This document shows, in pieces, positions 50,901 to 64,000 of a stretch of 64,000 nt of DNA. Each line of letters opens with the position of its first letter. The stretch's first letter is position 1. Below the pieces are notes generated by a model that worked only from the letters and a program-made list of their open reading frames with translations, made no database searches and was not told the DNA's origin. The stretch covers positions 17,918,001 through 17,982,000 of the forward strand of contig JBHGNT010000011.1 of NCBI GenBank assembly GCA_043228905.1. The letters are read 5' to 3'. The position numbers and the translations under genes were made by a program. Origin of the DNA: Azolla caroliniana. Its lineage: Eukaryota; Plantae; Polypodiophyta.

Positions 50901-53900
50901 ATACGTGTGCACTCATTGGACATCACATTAATCAAATACCTTGAGGGCAAGTGAAGATAACTCTATGTGGTTCAGCATAGAGCACCCAGTTACATTTATG
51001 CTAACTAATGCAGGACATCGTAAAGTTAGGTCAACAAGCCTGCAAAAGAAAAGTTTGGCATCCATCAATGAATATATCCTGTTTCCATATTCTGATAAAT
51101 ACTACTTATTCATTAAAACTAGGGAGAGTGAATACTTGCAACAATGTGCTAGGCTTATTCTGTGCAACTGCTGCAAGTTCAAAGTAACAGCCGTCAAGAG
51201 AGCACATGAATCCAATGTGATTGTCTGAATCAAAAAATTGGATTAAAATTGAGATACATAAATCAAGTTTCCTCTTCACTCGGGAAAATATAAAAGCATT
51301 TTGAATCATCGGAATCCCAATATTCACCTCAAGTGTAACACACTGGGATAGAGCTGCCATAGAGGAGATATTAATATCATCACAGTTATTGAGTTTCAAT
51401 TCCCTCAGAAATGGCATGCGAACGCCCTTCAGAAAAAAACAACATATTTAAATAAATAAAGTGACAAAGCCAAGGTTCAATGAAAAGCGAATTAATTATG
51501 TACTTGCCTGTAAAGAAATATTCGGACACCAGGAAGCATCTAAAACCCTCAGATTTGAACATGCAAGGCAAATTTCACGGAGAGTCTCATCACTAACGTA
51601 TGAACATTGAGAAATATTCAGAGCCAAAAGAGAACGGCAGGAAGTGACAGCTGTCCGAATTCCAGCATCAGAGAGCTTAAGGCAAGATGACACATCAAGA
51701 CTAAGGAGCCGAGGACAACACAAAGTGGCAGAAGCCAAGTTCGTTTGGCTTAGGGTTAGCTTCTCCAAACGTTGACACCTGTACAGATTGTAAAAATCAT
51801 AATTATAGAAATCAACGGGAAAAGTGCATCTGACATACACACCAAAAAGAACAACCTTATTGCCATTCGCATCACCCTGCACTCGATGATTTTAAGTTGA
51901 CAAAGACTTTTTTGACGAATTTGAACTTCTTGAGAGCCAACACTCCCCAAAACGGCATCAACAATTGTTAAACATTGAAGTGCTGAACAACCATTGGACA
52001 GCACATGGAAGAAAGAATCACTGAAGCTCCCGTTACACAAAGTTAATGTCTCCAAGTGCCTGCTCATGCATTATGGTTGATGTGAAAGATCATCTATATC
52101 CACTAATTTACATATAAGCTAGGATCTAATGACTGTACAGATACAAAGGAACTCATACTCTTCCTCTTGGACTTCCGGTTTTCCATATTCCTATTGATCT
52201 TTACTATAATTTATTAATGGCATTTTATCATAAATAGATAACTGACAGTTTGAGTGTCAGCATGCATACACGTCTCATTTTGTTTCATATATTTAGGGAA
52301 CACCATGATGTAAATTTAAAATCATAAAAAGAAAGCTATTTCCTGGGTAAACTGTAGGTTACAAGAAATTAGTTTCATTCTCATTATAGGGAGCATTGAG
52401 TATGGAAATATAATACAGTAGCTTGTTGAAGAAAAGTCACATCTTACCTAAGAGAATGCATTGCTTCTCGTGCTAGTTCATCAACAGAATTAACATCATT
52501 GAAGCTCAATTCAACTGCTTTAGGAAACCTGCGGCACAAATTCCTGACTGCAAAGTTGTGTGAACAAGGTATGTTGTTAAGAGTGCATAGTGAAGAAAAA
52601 GTATATAACTTCCATTTTGACACATGCCTTGTTCTTGTGTTATGTTTCTACCAAAATGCAATGCCTTCCAAAAGTCCTCGTGTTCAATTGCAGCACGCCA
52701 CTGACGGCAAACCATAGCCAGCTCACACAAACTTCTCTGATCTAAGAAAGAGAAGACCTGGAGCATTTGTGCAACAGAAGCTTTCATTATTGTGTACAGA
52801 AGCAAGCTGCAATGCTACACAATTTCAAGTTTATCTGTTCCAATAGTCAAATACTATTTCCTGGTTCTCACCATGTGAAGAAGGTCATCAGTAAGGTACA
52901 TGGGTGGCAAGCCCCTCTCTATGTCACTACAAAGTCTGATATCATTATCATCTCCAGTGCCATTTAAAACATCCTCTCTCTCATCCTCACGAATATCTTG
53001 TTCCATAGGAGGAAGAGGTGGCAGTAAATTGTTAAGCTGAACTGACCCGTAAGGATGATCTGAACTGGAAGATGCATCATTAGGCCCCCAACATGTTTTC
53101 TGGTCGTGACTGCAATGTAAAGACCAGTCAATAAATTTAAAACGTTCAGTTTCATAAATTGCATCTCAAGATAAGTCTCAAGAGATATTGTGGACAACCA
53201 CAAGAGTTTATGCCGTTTGAAGTTGAACATGTCAGATCCTGACCCATAAATTAATTGGGCTTCTCCAGTTGCTTCAGAGACTGGTCTGCCTCCAATTGAA
53301 AGCAATGTTGGCTTCATTCCACTTAACAGATCTTCAACTGAAGACTCAAACCAGGATGGTATCTCCTTCCTCTGAAAATCCCGAGGGGATTCTAGTTTTG
53401 AACTTCGAGAAGAGCTTGGCATATCAAGAATTAGATCAATAGCATCAGCCCCCATTGCCATTTCTGCAACTGCCAATTTTTTAAAACTAATTAGATTCTT
53501 GCATGGTAACACAATGCAGCATAAAGCAATACCACAAATCAATTCTATATATATTCTATTCTACAATATGCCCAAACAAACTCTGTACTTAGGCAAATTT
53601 GTTATGCATCATTTAAAATGAAATAAGTGAATAACAGTAGTAAATACAAGTAATAAATGAAATCATTGTCCACGCATATTTTACATACATAACCAGATGT
53701 ATCATTTAACCTAATTGTTTCGGGTCATTATTTATCTTCTAAATATAGCATACGTACATTCAGGTTTATAAAATGACAGAGAGGATGAAAGAAAATCAGG
53801 TAAAATATTTACCAAAAAACAAAAGCTGAAGTATCCCTTGAACTCCAAAGAGTGTGGATCAACTCCTTAATAAATGGCAAACGCAAAGCCTTCCTCTCTA

Positions 53901-56900
53901 AGAAGGCATGATCACAAAGCCTTTAAATGCAGAGTAAAATAAACCATACATTGTGAAGAATGTCCCTTTTTTGTCCGATAATGACATAAACAAATGCCTG
54001 AAAGGAAATAGCATATTCAGCACACATTTCTCTGGTTTTGACCAGAAAACACGTGTTGTAGAATTTATTTCTCGTTAAGGAAAGTTGGTTTTTAATAGAT
54101 ATTAATATATATATATATCTTTTTTTACAACATTCAGCCTTGCGCCAGAATACCAAAAAGTGGAAAGTTCTATAGAGCTCCATTATAATTATGCACAGAC
54201 TCTAGCATATACTCATATATCCTTTTCTCCTTTTTTAACATAATTTAAGCTTCCCATAGAATAACTATTTGACAACGTTGCATTGGGAAGCCCATTAACA
54301 TTCACATACAGGAATTGCGTCATAATTAGATAGGTTTGCAAAATACAATTGAAAATATGAAGCAAAATAAAGCTCCATAAGGCATCAAGACATGGACCGC
54401 AGACGAGCTCAGAGCTCTTAAATTGAAAGCAAAGAAATGAGAGCTGGCAGACCACAAAACAGGGAAACCACTCTTCAAAGATTCTGGATAACCCTCATTC
54501 AAGCATCCTACATTAAGGTGGAAAGAAATTAAATCTACACATGGAATTAATCGAAGTTTCTTTTATCTTTTTTCATGTTCTTCCATTTAGCACACCACCG
54601 ATTAGCTTGGTATATAGGTGACCTTTTGACCTCCCGCAGATGGTAATATAACTTTGTCATTTCTAACTTTCTTTCTTTCTTCCTCATGATACATATGCAC
54701 CTGATGATTCGTCAGAGAAAACTACAGTTTGGATTAGGCCAAAGGGTACAATATATCACAAATACATGTGTTTGTATATCAACCAAGTTATTTAAGGATG
54801 AGTTAAGACGATGAACCCACATATCCCTAATACTCCTATCACACAGTAACATTCTGTCCCAAGTTTGCTTTTGCTTTCCGGGGAAGCTGAACTACTCTGC
54901 TGCCGATCCTTAACTATTTCAGCCTCACCCTTTACTAAGTTTCCTCCTCTAGTGACAAGTCAATCCAGGGCTACATAAGTAGGATCTCAACCAAATCCAT
55001 ATATGTAGAACCTGTTTTCAAAAAATCCATTCTATCATCACCCAACACTGTTGCTTCCCTCGTTCCATTCCAGATCAGCCAATTTTGGAGATATTTCAAA
55101 TGCAGGACATCTAGTACATGAATGTGAAATGCTTAGCAAATGAGAATATCTTGTATCTCACGCAGTGTTACTAGTTTAGTTATCTTTATGTTGGTTTGCT
55201 GCTCTCAAAGCTGAGAGAACATTTTAAGATTCAATCTCTCATTGGGTCTCATGGGCCATTTTTAACTCTCAAAGAACATCCCAACATTTCTGTGAAACAT
55301 TTCACCTCTGCAGTACCCTGTTTAACCCATGGTAGAGGTCCTTCTAATCTTGAATCTTAAAAAAGTCAGGAATTTCAGAAATTGCTTCAGTCGGAAAATG
55401 AAACATTTTGAGCACATCAGTACTCCATGCTTCAGTTCAACTGAAATGTGTTCCAGAAAATATGGATATCAGCAGTGTATCATCATTATGGATTTCAAAA
55501 CAAGTTGACAAGATAAAGGCTGACCCTAATATATGAAAGTGTACATGAAAATTAAATGTAACCTCAATGGTATCAGCCTTACTTGATTTTCTTTTTTATA
55601 CATAAATGCCGAAAGCATAACCTAAACTGGAATGAGTGTACAGTCTTGTGTGGACATTAGTAGAACTTCCTTTCTTTCTGCTGTTCTTTTATATTTACTA
55701 ATCCTGCGTTGCTGCTTCTCTTCAGGCTATTCCTCCTCTTCTCATGCGGCTCTGTAAACTTCATTTTTATACATGCCATCCCCTCCCCTTCCTCATACCT
55801 CCCCAAAACCAGTGTCATTTTACTATCCTTACAATGCCAGCAAAGATGTAAGAAACGTGGAACTTGTATGAGAGACAAAATGAGAACTCAACCTGTTTTC
55901 ATTTTGTGACCATAGGTCATTGGTCTCTCAAGGAAATTAACTTCTTCATAAACTCTCTGCCCTCCAATATACTTGCCTCTTCCTCTCTCCATTGATATCC
56001 TTTACCTCCAGATTTAATATATAAATTTTGTCCTCCAATGTTGCACATCAAAGCAGTGTAGTGAGCAAAGTTTTAGGTATATGCATTCTCACCTTACAGA
56101 TCTCCTCTCTCCTCCTTCCCTTTCCGTGTCTCTTACACAAATAATGTCCTCTTGTATACCCATTTGCTGATATATATATTCCAACATTTGCTTTGTGCAA
56201 TCTTCCAAATATGCAATGAGGAACACATCCGTTTCCATGTCTAAGGGGACAGAATATTACTTATCTGTAACTTTAGTCAGATGCCAACCCATGATTAGTG
56301 AAATGTTGCCCTAATTATCTGAACAGGATCTGAATGTTTGAAGCTTGCTTGCCGGAAATCTTTATCAATGGGAACAAAATATATGGATGTTATACCCAAA
56401 AAGAGTTTAGCTTTGTGGTAATTTTTTTATGTTTTCATATGTGCAAAAGAAAAACTAGGCCACCTGGGATTCGGGAAAAAAATGATCGTGGAAAGTGATA
56501 GCAAACATGCTGTATAACCCAAATATCTGGTCTTGCAATAAGAAGTTGAGATCTAGATCTTGTGATGTTGATAGGAAGTTCGTTGAATTAAAGTTAAACA
56601 ACACAGATCGGAATCTGTACTAGATCGATTGGTCTATAATCAAACAGAAATCGAAGCAAAAGGTAGCTCAGAATTTCATATCTATCTCTGTGTAACTACT
56701 TACGTTTACCCACCATCAAGAGAACATTTCAACCTCCCTAAAAAGAGTCAGTTTTTCAATTATGCTTTATTCAACCATATCAGGATCAGAACAATTATAT
56801 GCTGAAACTTTCAGATACAGAATATCAATGAAACGAAAGAAGAGAGAAGTAGATAGAACAAAAAAATTTAGAGCATAAGGAAGAAAGAAGAAGATGAAAG

Positions 56901-57171
56901 ACGAAAAAAAATGATGAAACAGAAGAAAGACGAAGGAAGAGATAAAGAAACAGAATAAATCAAGAAGAATATACAAAAGGGATAGAAGAAGGAAGAACTT
57001 ACGGGCTAGTTCTGCAGAGAAGATACGAGAAGGGAAGAGGTTCGTCATAGCTTCAACATCCTCGAGATCTTCTTCTCTGAGAAGCTCCCGCGCAGCTCGG
57101 GCGCCATCTCCATCGCGGGATGCAGAGGGGACAGAAGAGGAGGAGGAGGAGGAGGAGGAGGAAGCTTCCAT
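47961..57171 (-). CDS. FBL15: F-box/LRR-repeat protein, FBL15/SLOMO-like, about 18 exons
   Basis: F-box MYLTDDLLHM|VFSFLDQRSLCELAMVCRQWRAAIEHEDFW followed by many Cys-containing LRR exons (LDVSSCLKLSDAGIR, GGGCPRLNSLTLESCE, LNLGICP, LDASYCS, LDLSYTFL, LDLSYGSL, ETLDVRACAK|ISSEDLSYVRASCPWVKR). Putative first exon 57003-57171; the N-terminal exon structure is less certain. Confidence 0.9.
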
Positions 57172-57327
57172 GGCCACACGCAGACCGGAAAGAAAGAAAC
57201 ACACAGAAGGAAGGAGGAGGGAGGAGGAAGTGAAAGAAATTAAATTTAGCGTTGTACCCTTGGGGGGGGGTTAGTAAAAAACACAGCGAAGAAGAAGAAG
57301 AAGAAGAAGAAGAAGAAGAGGTAAAAA

Positions 57328-57521
57328 TGGAATTTCGGGAAATACCCCTGTGGGAAGGGCCAAGGGATAGAGAGGGGTTTTGCCTTTCATTTCCACACAT
57401 TCATTCGCTCACTATGGTAAAGTAATGGAATTTCGGGAAATACCCTTGTGGGAAGCCCAAAGGGAGCGCAAGATTTCCTTTGATTTCCACCACATTCGTT
57501 CGCTCACTATGGTAAAAGTAA
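57328..57521. repeat. About 98-bp tandem duplication in the FBL15 promoter, each copy carrying a tef-like motif
   Basis: atggaatttcgggaaataccc.tgtgggaag...cacattc.ttcgctcactatggtaaa occurs twice. Confidence 0.85.
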
Positions 57522-57792
57522 ACGGGTTTCCCTTTTTTTTCTGGACTGTTTTTTCTTTTTCTTTTTCTTTTGGGGGGGGAGGGGCATTAGAGGAGGAAGG
57601 ACATCTCTTGTTTTTGTGAATGGGGATGATGAGTCTTGATTGCAAGTGTTGGCAGGGAGGTAGGGAAGTTTGACAGATGTGGTTTTATCCACTTTGGCCA
57701 CATCTTGACATGTCGTATATGTGTTGCTACCTGTTATTTGTGCAACGACTTCACAATATCAACATGAGAAGAAGAACATGTATGAGTTTCAT

Positions 57793-57928
57793 TGTGTGTG
57801 TGTGTGTGCGTGTGTGTGTCACTATGTTAAATCTCACTTATTAATGTTACGTGCTATGCCATCGATGTGTGTGTGTGTGTGTCACTATGTTAAATGTCAC
57901 TTATTAATGTTATGTGGTATGCCATCAA
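57793..57928. repeat. (GT)n-anchored tandem duplication
   Basis: gtgtgtcactatgttaaat.tcacttattaatgtta.gtg.tatgccatc occurs twice. Confidence 0.8.
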
Positions 57929-60299
57929 TATGAAGAAATATCATCAAGTAAACTCGTACCAAAATGAAGATTTAACCATCTCGCTCATAATACTAATAGA
58001 AAAACAGAGATGAATTTGGAAATTGTGACATTTACATAAGAATGATGAAACATACACTTCACATTTTGTATATTTTTGTTACTTTTTCGAAAAGCTAGCA
58101 GTGAAGGCAATGAAAGGAACGACTCTTTTGGAGAATTGGAGATTAGGGCAACTTCCTCCATGGCTTTTGATAACTTCTATTCAACTTGAACACATTACGA
58201 GTCTTAAAGGGGTTTCTAATTTAGAATTTTGATTGACCTACCACATATGTGCCAACAATGGTTTGAGCAACTTTTATAGGAATGTCATGGGAGGAACAAT
58301 GTTGATCTCATACAATAAGTTGAATTTGGAAATGGAGCAAAATTGAAAGGTTCTTTTTCTTTAGACTAAAACCCTATCGGGTACCTAAGATGACAAAAAT
58401 GGAAATGAAAGAATCCATTTCATGAGATGAAAAATATGGTGATGTGCTCTCCTTCTACCCACACCGTTTTTCATCTTATAAGTAATGATCATACACAACA
58501 ATATATAAAGGTACATATGTAGTGATATTTGGCATGTGAATGCATGTATAGGGCAACATGCATAACCTTGTGGAGCAATTTTGGGGTACCACAACAACTC
58601 CATAGGCTAAAAGGAAAGTTGGATTGACAAACTCTGCAACTATGTTATGTGGGGATGTTTGTCTTCTAAGACCAAATTTGGTCCATTAGACAATTGGGTA
58701 CAATAAAATGGGAGGTGTACCCAATCATCAAAAATAAAAATAAAATAAACATAGATAAAAGAGTTCTATTATTGTATAAAAGGTGTTATGGTGTAACATA
58801 TTCTATAAAGGAAATGGCTACGTGTTAGTCCTAGTTTCATTTCCATCCAAGTCACTCGAAAAGGAGCGGGAGGTCAAATGTTTTCGATGTGGGTGTGACG
58901 ATGTAAAAGGTACCTCGACCATAGCTCCTAGGTGGTGTAACTCGTGCATCCTTGTCCTCTTAATTACTTCTACACAACAAGTGACTTTGAGGCCCAGTAT
59001 ATGAGGGTGTTTGTTGGTCTTTGCTTTTTTGCTTCAATGAGGAGATGTTGGGTGGTGCAGGTGTGTTTATGCTCATTGTCCCCTCATGTCCTTGAAAAAA
59101 AATCATTGGTTACATGTTGGTGAAAGGTTATGCTTAGCATTTTGTAGCATATTCCCTCTATGTTGTTTTAGTTCTAAGATATATCTACCTAGTGTCTATA
59201 TGTATAGGGTATATAATAGTTTGGAGAGTATGTCTTGGTATTTTGCCATTATCTCAACATAAGTTGAACACTTGCATGTAAAGTGATATTCATCCTCTAC
59301 CTCCATGTGACGTAATCTATATATCCTTTCCTCTCTAGAGACTCCATTAGCACGACCATTCTCAACCTCAAGTTGATAAGATGACGGTCTAAGTTGTCAA
59401 ATGGCAACCCTTAGTGCATTTGGTAAGAACGTATCTAGATATTTTAGTTATATAATAAAAGCTAACTTAGAGAAGTGCATGAAGTGTTCCTTATAATGAG
59501 ACAAAGAGAGAAAGAGAAAGAGAAAGAGAAAGAGGGAGAGGGTTTTGACTTATGTATTATTATAAATATAAAGTGGTCTACCTTTTAATGGAGATGATTT
59601 CTCTACCCAAAACAGGTGTGCTTAAACTCTAGGTAATGAAAAGGAAATAATCCACTCCAAGTTGTGGAGATTGTTGCGATTTATTTCCTTATCCCCTCTC
59701 TACCAACTTAACTCTCTATTAACTTGTCTTTGTGTCTTAAGACTTAAATTGTGATTGGGAAATGGGTGCCCAAAACATGAGTGCTTTAAATGAAGGGAAT
59801 GAAAATGAAAGGGCGATATGTTTCAATTCAATATCCAGTCCTCCCGAGTCCTCGACTTAAGTATCAATTAACTAGTCTTCATATCTTGAAGAGTGGTTGG
59901 TAGATGAAAAGCATTTCTTTACTAATCCATACATGAAATAAAAGGAAATCACGAAGAAAGATCACAATTTTATATCATTTTATAGGAATATTACCCTTGG
60001 TGTGACACATAGTTCAAGATTTGGTTTGAGCAACATCTTGTAGGAATGCTAAGAGAAAACATAAACAAATTGGGGGCATGCCACATCATTAGTTCATGTG
60101 ATAGAATACTGGCACATGTGTTTACCAATGTATTTGATTGATTTCATTAAGTCCCCAAAAAACTATGATGATACAAGTTTCAACCAAAACATTAGTCGTC
60201 ATGTATGATAGTGGGTGGTGATCATAATGGAGAGCAACATTGCAAGAAATAGATAAAATGAGTGTAGCAACAAACTAGAAAATGTCAAGTTTGTAACGT

Positions 60300-61200
60300 G
60301 CAACATTTAAAGGGAATATATGGGATGAATTCTCTCCAACATACTATTGAATGTGTGTGCTAGAATTGTAGGGAAGGTTGTGAGCTGGATTTTAAAGGAT
60401 GGACTTTGTTATGCGAGCTACTTCCATCGACTTCTTTCAATTCATAATGCTTGGAAATATTTAGGTCTCCAATTTAAACATCTCATTAAATTGTCATATA
60501 TCGGTGGGGCAACACATAAGCATGTGTACTCAATCCAAAGTCTCACATTTCCAATGACGTGTAACACTATCCTACACATATTTTCCTTTGAATCAAAACT
60601 TGTTTCTTGTGTTGATATAGTAGAAAGCATGTGTAAGATGTTAAAAGGCAATTGTTTGAGAGTGGGGCATTTCCTAACGATGTTTGTGAAAGTAAATGTT
60701 CAAAGAATAAAACTTTTCACTCAAAAAATTTGCATTTCCATTAAGTTTTTCATTGTCATTAGGGTGAATTCGAAGTTTTAACAAATAGCATTTGTTTGAA
60801 GTGGAGGAACCATTTCAATAAATTTTGTGTATGTGTACTAGATCCATAACAATGATTATTCAAGGGAATATCTATCAAAATACATTGATGTCATAGCTTA
60901 TAATTAGGAACTCGCATGAAGAAGAATGCATACTAGCCAATGAATAATGGATCAAAGTTCATGAAATATTTTACTAAACTATTCATAATTCTCAATCCTT
61001 TGCAAGCATATTTGCCTAATGTAATAATTTTTCATTCATTAATATGCAAGTGATTACTTTTTCACATGCAAACAAATTTTCATTTGTGCAAGCAAGCAAG
61101 TTCTTCACCACACAACTTGTTACATCCCTCGATATTCAAATGGGCATTAGTAGCATGTGAACACACTCAACAAAAAGGTGGTTAGGGAATGATATAAGTA
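60300..61200 (-). mobile_element. Possible decayed MULE-like transposase remnant
   Basis: Weak remnants such as MTSMYFDRY....LLWI and QNLLKWFLHF around 60800-60900. Heavily mutated. Confidence 0.25.
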
Positions 61201-61933
61201 GGATCATAGACCTCATTCTCAAAGACCAAATGATCACCAATCTTGAACCCTACTTTCGACCATTGATGATCTTGACATATGGTGTCGTGACTCATGGGCC
61301 ATGGGATGCCAATATGTAATGTAGTCAAGCTTAGTTCGTCGGTCGCTAGCTCCCAAACTCAAGGGAGAGCTTCTTTTGACACCATGGCTAGGAGGGTGGG
61401 TCAAGAGTCTCTATCTTTACCTTAGGTATGCATGTCTAGTTTTTGTAAAGTTCATGGTCCTAATCGAGAATGCCAAAAAACAACATTCTCAAACCAATGT
61501 GATCAACAACATTGATGTTGGTATATTTATCCAACCTAGGGATAGAGAGCCATCGATCAAATTATCGCCGTGTGGAACTAGCTTAGTAGAGGATAGAGCA
61601 AATACGAGGAGTCCATATGTAATCGAACATGGATCGATAATGACATTTTGTAAGGAAATGGATTTTAGGCCTTTATGTGTAATGCATGATGTTGCAATAA
61701 CAATTTGTAGATCATCGAAGGGCAAAATATGGAGGATGAACACAAAGTACAACAATACCTTGCTTAAAAGAATCAAGTACGGTATGCTTTCTTCACTGCA
61801 ATAATATCCTTTTGAATTGCATACTCGCAAAGGGGAATAACACTGCCTCTCCAAGTGCCTAAGACAGCTAGATTGCTTTAATCAGGTTTTACATGATCAT
61901 GAATTGCTAACTATATGAATAAGTCGCAGTTCG

Positions 61934-62428
61934 AAATATAATATGGTAATGAAATGTTAGTTGAGCGTAATAATTTGGTGGATAATCATTTAGGCATTAT
62001 TATATCAATTTGAATCAGATGCAACAAGCAAAACATCATGGATGAGTCCTAATTCAAAATATAATAAGTATTACGATGTTAGTTAAATGTAATAATTTGG
62101 TGGATAATCACTTAGTTTATTTCAAAGCATTACTATATCAATTTGAATCAGATGCAACAAGCAAAACATCATGGATGAGTCCTAATTCAAAATATAATAA
62201 GTATTACGATGTTAGTTAAATGAAATAATTTGGTGGATAATCACTTAGTTTATTTCAAAGCATTACTATATCAATTTGAATCAGATGCAACAAGCTAAAC
62301 ATCATGGATGAGTCCTAATTCAAAATATAATAAGTATTACGATGTTAGTTAAATGTAATAATTTGGTGGATAATCACTTAGTTTATTTCAAAGCATTACT
62401 ACATCAATTTGAATCAGACGCAGCAACA
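61934..62428. repeat. 133-bp minisatellite, about 3.7 copies
   Basis: The g of ga(t/c)gca following gaatca falls at 62018, 62151, 62284 and 62417 (period 133). Internal copies are nearly identical. Confidence 0.92.
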
Positions 62429-62644
62429 CTCGAATCACCCCCTTTGAAGTCAAAACTTTTGATTAATTCAATAAGAATCCAACACAACTAATTACAACGC
62501 CAATGTCACTTCTCGGGGGGGGGGTTTCAAAAGAAAGAAGAAATAGAATCATTTTATAAAAAAATATGTCAAGTAACAAAGATCAACGTGATTTAGCATG
62601 TGATTTAAAGAGGGAGGGGGGTAGAATGTCAGTACTACATGCCA

Positions 62645-64000
62645 TCAGGAATCAGCCATGTCTTTTTTTATGTCTTCTTCGGTTTGTTTGAAAAAATCAT
62701 AGTGCTTGTGAGAGGGTCCAATGGTATCTGGCACCTCAAGAGGGTATTGATCAATGCAATCCATCCAAGGATTGAATCCAACCACAGGTTTCACATCCCG
62801 GAGGACCTTCCAAACCACGCTATTACACTTGAAACCCGACCCTAGAGCTAATTGCCAGACCTTATCGCCTCGCTTCAACCTCTCTTTCGCCTCACAATAT
62901 GCCATTGCATACCACAAACCGCTGCTCGAAGTGTTCCCGAACCTATAAAGGCTCATCTTCGCGGGCTCGACATCATAGTACCCATCTACTACAGCCTTCC
63001 CTCCAGGATGGAGGCAGAAGTGATTGAATGCCTTCTTGAAGTCGGGCAGGTACGGCTTCGTATTGACATGGAAGACACTCCGACGGAGCACATTGACAGC
63101 TACTTTGACGAGCTCGGAGAAGGCATAAAGTCCGGGACAAGCTTCGTCATGCTAATCGTGACCGCCTTAGATGCAACATTGAGCAGCTCCACACTGAGCG
63201 ATGTCCCCATGATGCCTTCCTCGTCTTCTTTCGTGAAGATAACGTTGTACGACTTGTCATTCGCGCCCGTGGTTGTCCTCACGGACCGCAAGAGCTCGAA
63301 CTTGGACCTTTGCCTATCTCTCTTCTTGTTGGACAAGAGTAATGCGTAGGAGCCGCATCGGAAGAGGCAATTGGGGACAAGCATGGACCTGTCATTGCCA
63401 TAGTACCAATTGAGTGTGATGTTCTCGGTCCCGACCACGACCGCATACTTGTCCTTGTGGACACGGAGCATGTCCTTGGCGAGGTCGACAGCGACCATGC
63501 CCGCGGCGCAGCCCATCCCGGAGATGTTGAAGGTTCTGATGTCCTCCCTCATCTTGTAGTGATGTACAAGATGAGAGGAGAGGGAAGGGCTAGGGTAGAA
63601 CATGCTGACATTGACAATGAGGAAGTCGATTTGGGAAGGGGCTATGGAGGTCTTGGCGAGGAGTTCGTCGAGGGCCCCGAACATCATGTGGTCCATCTCT
63701 GCATTGGCAGAAGAGAGGGATGGGGATTGGATGGGGTTAGTGAAGAGGAAAGGGGGGCCATAGACATCATCCCCAAGACCAGATTTGAGCAGCACTTTGA
63801 GCTGGAACAGCATGTTGCTTGGTGTGGAGGTCTTAGCACTTCTGGTGAGTTGGACACAATACTGAGTGCTCAGCTTGTATTTGTCCAGAGATTTGTAGCT
63901 TGCAAAATCCACAAGGTAGATGGAAGGATCCCTTGCCTTCATGTAGATGAGCCCGAGTGTGGACACTATTGAGACAATGGACACTGCAAGGATGCTTCTA
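62645..64000 (-). pseudogene. KCS: 3-ketoacyl-CoA synthase (FAE1/KCS family), 5' end outside the window, disrupted by a frameshift and an in-frame deletion
   Basis: YLVDFASY, KSGLG, PSPSLSS, FNISGMGCAAG (catalytic Cys), NCLFRCG, then in another frame KPYLPDFKKAFNHFCLHPGG, RFGNTSSS, GSGFKCNS. A 1-nt loss near 63120 and about 8 residues missing at 62980/62981. Confidence 0.8.

Noticed and set aside
61839-61852. CACTGCCTCT partial match to copper-regulated miR408
   Set aside because: Only about 10 nt match and there is no precursor hairpin.

Overview
AT-rich, intron-containing land-plant nuclear DNA. The transposon repertoire and gene divergence suggest a non-seed plant such as a fern, but that is inference. 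There is a 100-N gap at 28759-28858. Spliced genes reconstructed by hand: an inositol 1,3,4-trisphosphate 5/6-kinase (ITPK, minus), a VAMP714-like R-SNARE (minus), an HMA5-type P1B Cu-ATPase (plus) and an FBL15/SLOMO-like F-box/LRR gene (minus, two probable GC-AG introns). A 3-ketoacyl-CoA synthase with a frameshift and an internal deletion runs off the right edge. Two identical tRNA-Gln(CUG) genes lie 139 bp apart. At about 17-29 kb there is a locally triplicated cassette: three intronless genes for signal peptide/Pro-rich/single-TM proteins, with a conserved inverted tef-box-like motif pair downstream of each, plus a decayed copy of VAMP exon 1. At 29.8-31.7 kb a small chromovirus-type LTR element is nested in a LINE. 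It carries an inverted LTR end, an array of about 13 hairpin repeats and heat-shock elements in its intact LTR. The rest is decayed LINE and probable MULE sequence, short tandem duplications and microsatellites. No prokaryote-type system such as CRISPR is supported.
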